DNA of 64,000 bases from a virus (lineage: Duplodnaviria; Caudoviricetes), in IMG/VR virus record IMGVR_UViG_3300010885_080481, one strand, 5' to 3'. The number at the start of each line of letters is the position of its first letter. The first letter of the stretch is position 1. The notes beneath the pieces are model-generated. The model did no database searches. It had not been told where the DNA came from and was given only the letters and a program-made list of their open reading frames with translations. The translations under genes were made by a program, and so were the position numbers. This document shows positions 19,703-27,323 of the stretch, one piece after another.

Positions 19703-20899
19703 GTGAGCATCACCATTGACTCTTCTGTGCTTGGAACATCGGAACATCTCTGCATAGATCATGATGGTTTCACAAGAGTGAAGAATGTTGACAAAGATTC
19801 TTGGCATCTTTCAGGCGGAATTAAATTGACATCAACTCGTTGTTGGGACACAGCTCTCAAATTAGCTGGCAGGTATTCTCTACCAACTCCTCCAGAAAAG
19901 TATAGGAAAATGATGAATGTGGTGATGCCCTTTGATTCAAAGGCGCCACCTTGGTCTTACGTCATGCCTAAAGCTGAATATCAGACTTACTTTAAGGAAG
20001 TAGTCTCTTCAGCTTCTATTCATGACCTAGACACCAGCTATTATGAGAACATTTGGATTCATGGCAATCAGCTATTGAGTTCGCTGCGCGCTGCGAAAGT
20101 CGACGGACAGACGATAGACAAGTTGATTGCGGAATCAGTTCATTCCTCTTCCACTGTTTCATCTTTCACTCCTAGAGCTGGTGGATATGCACAACCTGTT
20201 GTTTACGATAGGTTTGGCACCGTCACAGGACGATTGGTCGTAGAATCTGGGCCAAACATTTTATTACTGAAGAAAGAACACAGGTCGATATTAAGACCAT
20301 CAACTCCAGGTGGATCCATCGTCTCTCTTGATTTTTCCGCCCTCGAGGCCCGAATTCTTTTATACGAATCCGGTGGAACATGCGGAGATGAGGATCTCTA
20401 TGAGTCTATTGCTCGTCGTGTTGGTTCAACATCTCGTTCCGTCGTCAAAGCAGCTGTTTTAGCCGAGCTCTATGGGTCATCAAAAAATGCTTTGGCATTG
20501 ACGCTGGGGATGTCAAACGAACATTTATCAGAATTTATTCGTAAGGTTGAGGAGGTGATCAACACAAAGAAGCTCCTTGCCTCTCTAAAAAAACAATTTT
20601 CTAAAGAAGGATGGATCACAAATAAATATGGCCGGCGGATAGAGGTATCTCGACCGCAGGACAACATCTTTGTGAACTATTACGCTCAAAGCACAGGTGT
20701 GGACGTGTCCCTCTTCGGGTTCAATAAGATCTTAAATGACCTGGGATTTGATGGAATCAGACCCTTATTCGTTCTTCATGACGCCTTGATCCTTGATGTC
20801 AGAGAAGACCGCCTGAAAGACGTGGAGGGCGTGAAGTCAGTTTCCGTGCCAGGGTATTCTAACAAGTTTCCTCTTAAGCTAGAGACGCTTCAAGGCTAA
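19703..20899 (+). CDS. polA: Compact family A DNA polymerase (polymerase domain only)
   Basis: TVTGRL; motif A SLDFSALEARIL; motif B RSVVKAAVLAELYG; YAQSTGVD; motif C HDAL. GTG start. No recognisable exonuclease domains. Confidence 0.8.
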   Translation: MSITIDSSVLGTSEHLCIDHDGFTRVKNVDKDSWHLSGGIKLTSTRCWDTALKLAGRYSLPTPPEKYRKMMNVVMPFDSKAPPWSYVMPKAEYQTYFKEVVSSASIHDLDTSYYENIWIHGNQLLSSLRAAKVDGQTIDKLIAESVHSSSTVSSFTPRAGGYAQPVVYDRFGTVTGRLVVESGPNILLLKKEHRSILRPSTPGGSIVSLDFSALEARILLYESGGTCGDEDLYESIARRVGSTSRSVVKAAVLAELYGSSKNALALTLGMSNEHLSEFIRKVEEVINTKKLLASLKKQFSKEGWITNKYGRRIEVSRPQDNIFVNYYAQSTGVDVSLFGFNKILNDLGFDGIRPLFVLHDALILDVREDRLKDVEGVKSVSVPGYSNKFPLKLETLQG

Positions 20900-20917
20900 T
20901 GAACATTGTATCATTGG

Positions 20918-20926
20918 TGCTATAAT
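20918..20926 (+). promoter_or_regulatory. Extended -10 sigma70-type promoter TGCTATAAT
   Basis: A perfect TGnTATAAT lies 9 nt upstream of the ATG at 20936, suggesting a near-leaderless transcript. Confidence 0.55.
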
Positions 20927-20935
20927 GTGATTTCC

Positions 20936-21532
20936 ATGAGTTTAAGTCCTGAAGAAATTGCAGCTAATTTTGACAAGTTTCGTTCTTTGTGCGAGAGATT
21001 GGGTGATAGATCATCAGCGGCTCTTGCCTTGGTTGATCACTTTGGAGAGAGGTTGGCACTATGTCCCGCCTCAGGTCGTAAAGATTTTCATTTAGCAATC
21101 CCAGGAGGATTGGTCGATCATTCGTTGCGAGTTCTTTCCAATGCAATGAAATTGTGCAAGGCGTTCGAACATAACATTGCAAAAGATTCTCTCATCATAG
21201 GTTGCTTATTCCATGATATCGGCAAATTAGGAGACGTAGAGCATGATTATTACGTTCCTCAAGATTCCGATTGGCACCGGGAGAAGCTCGGTGAAAACTA
21301 CAAACATAACAAAAGCATCAAGTATATGACAGTTCCCCACAGAGGAGTGTGGCTTTGCCAAAATTTTGGTCTACGCCTCAATCAAGACGAGTGGTTATCC
21401 ATTATGTTGAATGATGGATGGGTGCTTCAAGAAAATAAGGCGTACTGTCTAAAAGAATCAGATCTTGTTCACGTGGTGCAGACAGCAGACTATATCTCGA
21501 CGAAGCAAGAAAAAGAATCCGTTGACGAATAG
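20936..21532 (+). CDS. HD-domain phosphohydrolase
   Basis: GGLVDHSLRV, LFHDIGK and a final QTAD. Start moved to 20936 on promoter spacing. Confidence 0.8.
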   Translation: MSLSPEEIAANFDKFRSLCERLGDRSSAALALVDHFGERLALCPASGRKDFHLAIPGGLVDHSLRVLSNAMKLCKAFEHNIAKDSLIIGCLFHDIGKLGDVEHDYYVPQDSDWHREKLGENYKHNKSIKYMTVPHRGVWLCQNFGLRLNQDEWLSIMLNDGWVLQENKAYCLKESDLVHVVQTADYISTKQEKESVDE

Positions 21533-21541
21533 TTAGGGTGT

Positions 21542-21754
21542 ATGAATGATATTTTACGCCGCTACATCGTAGAAGTTATTAAGACGGATTCCTTGGTAGA
21601 CGAGGATGAAGAAAATTCAGAATCAGACGTCAACGAATTTAGCGGCGTTGCATCCATTGCAGGTTTCACTGCACCTCTAGGCATGTCTGGTCAAGATATG
21701 CAAGGTCCTGGGGTCAAAGAGAGAAAAAAGAAGAAAAAGTCGACTTGGAAATGA
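21542..21754 (+). CDS. Small hypothetical protein with leader-like ILRRYIVE
   Basis: 70 aa with an acidic middle and a basic C-terminus. Confidence 0.6.
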   Translation: MNDILRRYIVEVIKTDSLVDEDEENSESDVNEFSGVASIAGFTAPLGMSGQDMQGPGVKERKKKKKSTWK

Positions 21755-21755
21755 C

Positions 21756-22064
21756 ATGAAACGTCTGATCCTACCTTACTTTTCTTTGTTCGTTTTAGGG
21801 GTTCTAGGGGCTCATATAACAAAGAAAGTTCAAAGTGGAACTTTTCCTATATGGGCCACCATAGGGCCTTCTATCTTCAGTGGTGTGCTGTGGGGGTGGA
21901 TTGCACAGAGATCACAGAGTCTTAGCCTCATGTCTGTGCTCTTTGATGTCGTTTATACGGCCGCGTTCGTTTTTGGTTTTTTTCTCTTAGGAGATAGACT
22001 CACACCTCTTCAGATTGCAGGATTCGTCGTGTCACTCATCGGTGTCGTAATGATGGCAGCTTGA
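21756..22064 (+). CDS. Small four-helix membrane protein (SMR/DMT-like)
   Basis: 102 aa with four hydrophobic segments. The C-terminal GDRLTPLQIAGFVVSLIGVVMM is typical of DMT/EamA halves. Confidence 0.6.
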   Translation: MKRLILPYFSLFVLGVLGAHITKKVQSGTFPIWATIGPSIFSGVLWGWIAQRSQSLSLMSVLFDVVYTAAFVFGFFLLGDRLTPLQIAGFVVSLIGVVMMAA

Positions 22065-22170
22065 TTCACACTATCGTGATATTTATATTGTCGACTTGAT
22101 CGGCGCGGAATCGGGTTAGGAAGAGGCAAAAATGCAAGACCTACTTTTGTTCTGTCCTGAAAGGACATCG

Positions 22171-22199
22171 TGCAAAGATTACTCAACGAATGTTAGTTT
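22171..22199 (+). promoter_or_regulatory. Sigma70-like promoter upstream of SSB
   Basis: TGCAAA, 17 nt, TAGTTT with TGn. The same -35 and spacing occur upstream of dnaE. Confidence 0.4.
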
Positions 22200-22259
22200 G
22201 ATACAACTCTTTCGTTGCAGGTTAGGTTGACAAACACTCGGATTGATAAGCTCGATCGC

Positions 22260-22278
22260 TTATGACACGGTGTCATAA
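22260..22278. promoter_or_regulatory. Perfect 19-bp palindrome, candidate operator
   Basis: TTATGACAC-G-GTGTCATAA, 46 nt before the SSB start. Confidence 0.55.
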
Positions 22279-22324
22279 CATCGAAAATTGAAGTCGAAAG
22301 AGGAAGCGGAATAGGAAAACAAAA

Positions 22325-23164
22325 ATGGCAATTGATCTAGAAGCAATTAAGCGTCGTGTTGCAGAGCTCAGTGGCGTGAGGAAGACGTCGTCCGTTCAGA
22401 TGTGGAAGCCACAAATTGGAGAATATAAGATTCGCTGTCTGCCTTGGAAGAATTCTCCTGAAGGCCAGCCTTTTGCAGAGAGGTGGTTTTACTACATCGG
22501 AGAGAATGCAGGCCTCCTTGCTCCAAATCAGTTTGGAAAGCCAGATCCAATCAACGATCTGATCCGTAAGCTGTACAGCAGCGGCAAGCCTGACGATCGA
22601 GTTCTTGCAAAGAAGCTTGCGCCTAAGATGCGTTGTTATGCCCCCGTCATCGTCCGCGGTGAGGAGGATAAAGGTGTGCAGGTCTGGGCTTTCGGTAAGA
22701 TCGTCTACCAACGTATGCTTGGTTTCTTCCTCGATGAGGAGGTCGGCGATATTCTAGATCCAAATCAAGGATTTGATTTGAAAGTGACGATCTCAAAAGC
22801 CCCCGGTAAACAGTTCAATGATACGATGGTGGATCCTGCTCGACGACCTTCAAAGCTTCATGAGGATCAAAAAACCATGGCAACTTGGCTGGAGAATATT
22901 CCAAACATCGATGACATGTATCGTCTAAAGTCCACTCAAGAGATTGAAGCTGTTCTCAACAATTGGCTCAACGGTGGTGCTACTGATGACACACCAACAG
23001 AGACAACCCGTGGTCCAGCCACAGCAGATGCTCTTGATGACTTGGTTGCTGAAGTAAAAGCCTCATCGCCAGACAAACCAAAGAAAGTAAAGAAAGCTGA
23101 TGATGACTCTCCAAAGAAACAATCATTAGATGATGCGTTCGCAGACCTGATGGGCGACGAGTGA
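22325..23164 (+). CDS. Single-stranded DNA-binding protein (T4 gp32-like)
   Basis: MAIDLEAIKRR start, IRCLP, WFYY, DPI, PVIVRGEE, WAFGK, GFDL and an acidic tail LDDAFADLMGDE. Confidence 0.8.
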   Translation: MAIDLEAIKRRVAELSGVRKTSSVQMWKPQIGEYKIRCLPWKNSPEGQPFAERWFYYIGENAGLLAPNQFGKPDPINDLIRKLYSSGKPDDRVLAKKLAPKMRCYAPVIVRGEEDKGVQVWAFGKIVYQRMLGFFLDEEVGDILDPNQGFDLKVTISKAPGKQFNDTMVDPARRPSKLHEDQKTMATWLENIPNIDDMYRLKSTQEIEAVLNNWLNGGATDDTPTETTRGPATADALDDLVAEVKASSPDKPKKVKKADDDSPKKQSLDDAFADLMGDE

Positions 23165-23171
23165 TTTAACT

Positions 23172-23213
23172 GTTCAAGCGCCGGGGAATTTTAATTTTCC
23201 CCGGCGCTTGAAC
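23172..23213. terminator. 17-bp perfect inverted repeat between ssb and recA
   Basis: GTTCAAGCGCCGGGGAA, 8 nt, TTCCCCGGCGCTTGAAC. There is no U-tract, so terminator function is uncertain. Confidence 0.5.
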
Positions 23214-23242
23214 TATTTAGTGAGTTAAAAGGATAATACACT

Positions 23243-24430
23243 ATGGCAAAAAGAGAGAAGTCAGAAGAAGTTGAGACCGTGACTAAAAAGTCTGAGGTTG
23301 ATAATATGATGAAAGATCTCATTTCATCTATCAACAAGGAATTTGGTCAACGCATTGCGTACAATCTATCAGAGATGGATGCACCTACGGTCGTTAAAAG
23401 GTGGATCGACACAGGGTCGATTCAACTTAACTATGCGATCCGCAACGCAATGGGAGGAGGGTATCCAGAAGGTCGAATCATAGAAATCGCAGGATTACCT
23501 TCATCAGGTAAATCGCACCTTGCATATCACGCGGCTTCAGTGGCCCAACGTATGGGTGGTCTTGTTGTCTATATTGACACAGAAAATGCAACTCCTGTTG
23601 CGAAGTTGGCGGACATGGGAATCGATGTTCGTAAGAGATTTGTTTATTGCGATTCTCACTGTACAGAGGAGGTCTTCTCCATTATTGAATCTACAATCAC
23701 CAAGGCGAAGCAGGTGCTCGATAAGAACATTCCTATTCTTGTCATCTGGGACTCTGTCGCAGCAACTTCTCCTAAGGCCGAGCTCGACGGTGATTATGAT
23801 CAAAACTCGATTGGTCTACAGGCCCGCGCTATTTCTAAGGGAATGCGTAAGATCACAGGCGTCATTGGACAAAACAACGTGACGCTACTCTGCATCAATC
23901 AAATTCGTGATGCTATCGGTGTGATGCATGGTGATCCTACAACGACGCCTGGCGGTCGTGCAATCCCATTCCATTCTTCTGTTAGAATTCGTTTAGGTAG
24001 TGGCAATCAAGTGAAAGACAAGAATGGTAATCCTATTGGAATCCATACCACTGTCACTCTTAAGAAGAATAAGGTTGCTGCCCCTTTTCGCAAATGTGAG
24101 TTTGATATCATCTTTGGCAAGGGTATCGTAGAGGATGAATATCTTTTTGATGAAGTTCGTTCACATTGCAAAGCCAATGGCCCTGTCAAGCGTGATGGTT
24201 TTGAGATCAATGTCAGCGGCGAAGGTGCGTGGAAAGAGCTTTCAGTGGTTAATGCAAAGACAGGCGAAGTTGTGGTAGAGAAGAAGTTCTACAAGTCTGA
24301 GTTTGGGGATATGCTCAAGGACGAGAAATATTCGAGTTATCTCTTGACGGCTATTGACTCTGCCCTTATAACAACTGGTGGCGAACCTTCGGGCGAGGGA
24401 GACGGTGAAGGAGGAATGTCTGATGAGTGA
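23243..24430 (+). CDS. recA: RecA/UvsX recombinase
   Basis: Walker A GLPSSGKS, YIDTE, IWDSVAA, INQIR, TTPGGRAIPF and KNKVAAPF. Confidence 0.92.
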   Translation: MAKREKSEEVETVTKKSEVDNMMKDLISSINKEFGQRIAYNLSEMDAPTVVKRWIDTGSIQLNYAIRNAMGGGYPEGRIIEIAGLPSSGKSHLAYHAASVAQRMGGLVVYIDTENATPVAKLADMGIDVRKRFVYCDSHCTEEVFSIIESTITKAKQVLDKNIPILVIWDSVAATSPKAELDGDYDQNSIGLQARAISKGMRKITGVIGQNNVTLLCINQIRDAIGVMHGDPTTTPGGRAIPFHSSVRIRLGSGNQVKDKNGNPIGIHTTVTLKKNKVAAPFRKCEFDIIFGKGIVEDEYLFDEVRSHCKANGPVKRDGFEINVSGEGAWKELSVVNAKTGEVVVEKKFYKSEFGDMLKDEKYSSYLLTAIDSALITTGGEPSGEGDGEGGMSDE

Positions 24431-24863
24431 TATATTTTGGATTAGATGCGAAGTGGATGACAATGACCTTGTGCCAAAGTATCAAACACAAGGATCTGCG
24501 GGGTGTGACATATATGCTAATGAGTACCTAACGATCAAGCCTGGACGAAGGGCTATGGTGGCCACTGGATTAAAGATCGAACTGCCTCCTGGATTTGAAG
24601 CGCAAGTCAGACCTAGGTCTGGGTTAGCGGCAAAGCATGGTATCACGGTATTAAACACGCCCGGTACTGTTGATGAAGACTACAGAGGAGAGATTAAGGT
24701 CATTTTATTAAACACAGGTGACGAAGAATTTATTGTCAATAAAGGTGATAGGATTGCACAGTTGGTATTTTCTCGAGTTTTTCGTGGGATATTCCAACCA
24801 ACCAATAGCTTGTCTTCAACAACTCGTGGTGGTGGTGGATTCGGTTCAACAGGCAAAACATGA
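24423..24863 (+). CDS. dut: Trimeric dUTPase
   Basis: GSAGCDI, PRSGLA, GTVDEDYRGE, RIAQLV and RGGGGFGSTG. Start moved to the ATG at 24423. Confidence 0.95.
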   Translation: MSDIFWIRCEVDDNDLVPKYQTQGSAGCDIYANEYLTIKPGRRAMVATGLKIELPPGFEAQVRPRSGLAAKHGITVLNTPGTVDEDYRGEIKVILLNTGDEEFIVNKGDRIAQLVFSRVFRGIFQPTNSLSSTTRGGGGFGSTGKT

Positions 24864-25843
24864 GCTCAGATCGACCCATCTTGATAGTGGATGGTGCAAA
24901 TCTTTTTATTAGAAGCTGGTCAGCCTTTCCATCTATGTCTTCTCATGGATATCAGATGGGAGGCTGTGTTGGCTTTTTGAAAACTTTGAAGAGAATTGTT
25001 ACAGAAATTCAACCAAAGTTCGTGGTGGTTGCCTGGGAAGGTGGAGGATCTTCTCGACGTAGAAGCATATATCCTGATTACAAGTTAGGCCGCCGTCCGG
25101 AAAAGTTGAATAGATTTTATGGGGATGACATTCCTGAATCTGAAGAAAACAGAAAGCATCAGATGCTTTCTCTTCTTGACATGTTAAAATCAGTTCCAGT
25201 ATGTCAAGTTTACGTGCCTGACTGCGAAGGTGATGACATCATCGCTTTTTTGTGCAAAGGATATTTTAGGCAGGCTGAAAAAATCATAGTTTCATCCGAT
25301 AAAGACATGTATCAGCTTTTAAATGAAAAGACAAAGATCTATTCTTTACACAAGAAGTTGGTTTTGTCAAAAGATGACATATTCGATGAGTTTAGGATTA
25401 AAACCCATAATTTCGCCATGGCAAAATCAATCTGCGGAGACCCTGGAGATAACATCCCAGGTATAAAAGGATTGGGATTTAAAACTGTATCAAAAAAGAT
25501 ACCGTTCTTAGGAGGAGACTCCGAGGTCTTGATTGATGAAGTCATCTCTTTTTGTCACTCTAGAATGCCTGAATCGTCTATTTACAAACGGATTGTAGAG
25601 AATGAGAGTGTGATTCGTAGGAACTGGAAATTGATCTATCTTGACGGCAGCATGTTGTCTGCCACACAGATTTCTAAGGTGCAACATGTTATAGATACAT
25701 TTGCACCACACACGAATAGGATTGCTTTAATCAAGTCGCTCGTCAAAGAAGGCATAGGCGATTTTAACGTAGAAGATTTTTTTTACGCCTTTAGGTGTAT
25801 CGATCATGCTCCTTATGCTGGCGGAGAACAAAATGCAGGATAA
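24860..25843 (+). CDS. 5'-3' exonuclease / flap endonuclease (T4 RNase H or PolI N-domain-like)
   Basis: LIVDGANL, EGGGS..RR.IYPDYK..R, EGDDII, SSDKDMYQL and GDPGDNIPGIKGLG. Confidence 0.9.
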   Translation: MSSDRPILIVDGANLFIRSWSAFPSMSSHGYQMGGCVGFLKTLKRIVTEIQPKFVVVAWEGGGSSRRRSIYPDYKLGRRPEKLNRFYGDDIPESEENRKHQMLSLLDMLKSVPVCQVYVPDCEGDDIIAFLCKGYFRQAEKIIVSSDKDMYQLLNEKTKIYSLHKKLVLSKDDIFDEFRIKTHNFAMAKSICGDPGDNIPGIKGLGFKTVSKKIPFLGGDSEVLIDEVISFCHSRMPESSIYKRIVENESVIRRNWKLIYLDGSMLSATQISKVQHVIDTFAPHTNRIALIKSLVKEGIGDFNVEDFFYAFRCIDHAPYAGGEQNAG

Positions 25844-27275
25844 CGAAAATAAAACTGGTTCTAAGTTAACTTTTGGTTCGTATGGTAAATCTTTTCAAGA
25901 GAAAATCATGCAAGCTCTCTTGACAGATTCAAAGTTTGCAGAACAGATGATGGAAGTGTTCGATACATCTTACTTTGAATTGAAGTATCTACAGTTTCTA
26001 GCGGATCGATACTTCTCTTACTCTAAAAAATACAAGGTATTTCCAACGTTACAACTTCTTGTGACGATTATACGGGAAGACCTAAAAGTAGGTACGGATG
26101 TGATTCTTCGAGATCAAATCATTGAATACCTGCAGCGCATGAAAGCGAATCCAGATCCTGGCGATTTGCAATTTGTTCGTGAAAAGTCTCTTGACTTTTG
26201 CAGAAAGCAAGCTCTCAAGGCCGCCCTTGAAAATGCCGTTGATCAAATGGCGGCAGACAAATATGAATCTATCGTTGAATCGATAAAGAAAGCTGTTCAA
26301 GTTGGAACAGCACCATCTGTCGGTCACGACTTCTTTAATGAAATGGATGCAAGGTTCACTCGTCTAAAACGTGACACAATCCCGACAGGTGTTCCTGAAC
26401 TTGATAAGAAAGAAATTCTACAAGGTGGTTCTGGTAAAGGTGAACTACTTTGCGTTGTCGGCGGTAGCGGATCTGGTAAGTCTCACTGGCTTACGATGAT
26501 TGGTGCAAATGCTCTAAAGGCAGGTAAGAATGTTCTTCATTATACCTTCGAGCTATCTGAAACAGCTGTCGGTATTCGCTACGATTCTAACCTCTGCGAC
26601 ATGGATTCCAATGAAGTCATGGATCACAAGGATGAGATCATTGAAAAATACAAAGGTATGACTCTCGGCCGACTCTACATTAAAGAATATCCCACAAACA
26701 CGGCATCCATTTTTACAATTCGTTCTCACATCGAACGGCTTGATCTAAAAGGATTCAAACCGGACATCATTATCATCGACTACGCGGATATCATGAGGTC
26801 AACGCGACAATTTGATTCGCTTCGACACGAATTGAAATTAGTCTATGAAGAGCTTCGAGGCCTTGCTATGGAAATTGGCGTTCCTATCTGGACAGCATCT
26901 CAGTCTAACAAAGAAGGTGCCAATAGCGAGATCATTGATATGACAAATATGTCAGAGGCCTATGGAAAGGCAATGATCTGCGACTTCATCATCTCTGTCT
27001 CTAGAAGAGCGCATGAGAAGGCTTCAGGGTGGGGTAGACTCTTCGTCGCAAAGAATCGAGCAGGTAGAGATGGATTAGTTTTCCCTGCTAAGATAAATAC
27101 TGCACAAAGCAAGTTTGAGATCACTGGCGCCGCTGATGCGCCGAATGAGGTTGCAGCAACGGATGAAGCAGAACAGAAAAAAGCGCTTAGGGCAAAGTGG
27201 AAAGAACTAAAGAATGAATTCAGCTCAAGCTCATCAAATAAAAGCTCTTCTTCATTTGAAACTGTAACAACTTAA
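25833..27275 (+). CDS. dnaB: Replicative DnaB/gp41-like helicase
   Basis: Walker A GGSGSGKS, YTFEL, IIIDYAD, WTASQ and KNRAG. Start at 25833 has a GGAG SD. Confidence 0.88.
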   Translation: MQDNENKTGSKLTFGSYGKSFQEKIMQALLTDSKFAEQMMEVFDTSYFELKYLQFLADRYFSYSKKYKVFPTLQLLVTIIREDLKVGTDVILRDQIIEYLQRMKANPDPGDLQFVREKSLDFCRKQALKAALENAVDQMAADKYESIVESIKKAVQVGTAPSVGHDFFNEMDARFTRLKRDTIPTGVPELDKKEILQGGSGKGELLCVVGGSGSGKSHWLTMIGANALKAGKNVLHYTFELSETAVGIRYDSNLCDMDSNEVMDHKDEIIEKYKGMTLGRLYIKEYPTNTASIFTIRSHIERLDLKGFKPDIIIIDYADIMRSTRQFDSLRHELKLVYEELRGLAMEIGVPIWTASQSNKEGANSEIIDMTNMSEAYGKAMICDFIISVSRRAHEKASGWGRLFVAKNRAGRDGLVFPAKINTAQSKFEITGAADAPNEVAATDEAEQKKALRAKWKELKNEFSSSSSNKSSSSFETVTT

Positions 27276-27323
27276 AAAATTTGAAGTATAGTTATGCACC
27301 TAAATTATGAGTGGAGACAAACA

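Noticed and set aside
19703-21532. PolA plus HD protein as a Z-genome (DpoZ/DatZ) module
   Set aside because: There is no purZ in the window, and the modification evidence points to cytosine.
22132-22230. 32-codon ORF (MQDLLLFCPERT...) in the ssb upstream gap
   Set aside because: It is short, has no motif and overlaps promoter-like elements; it could be chance.
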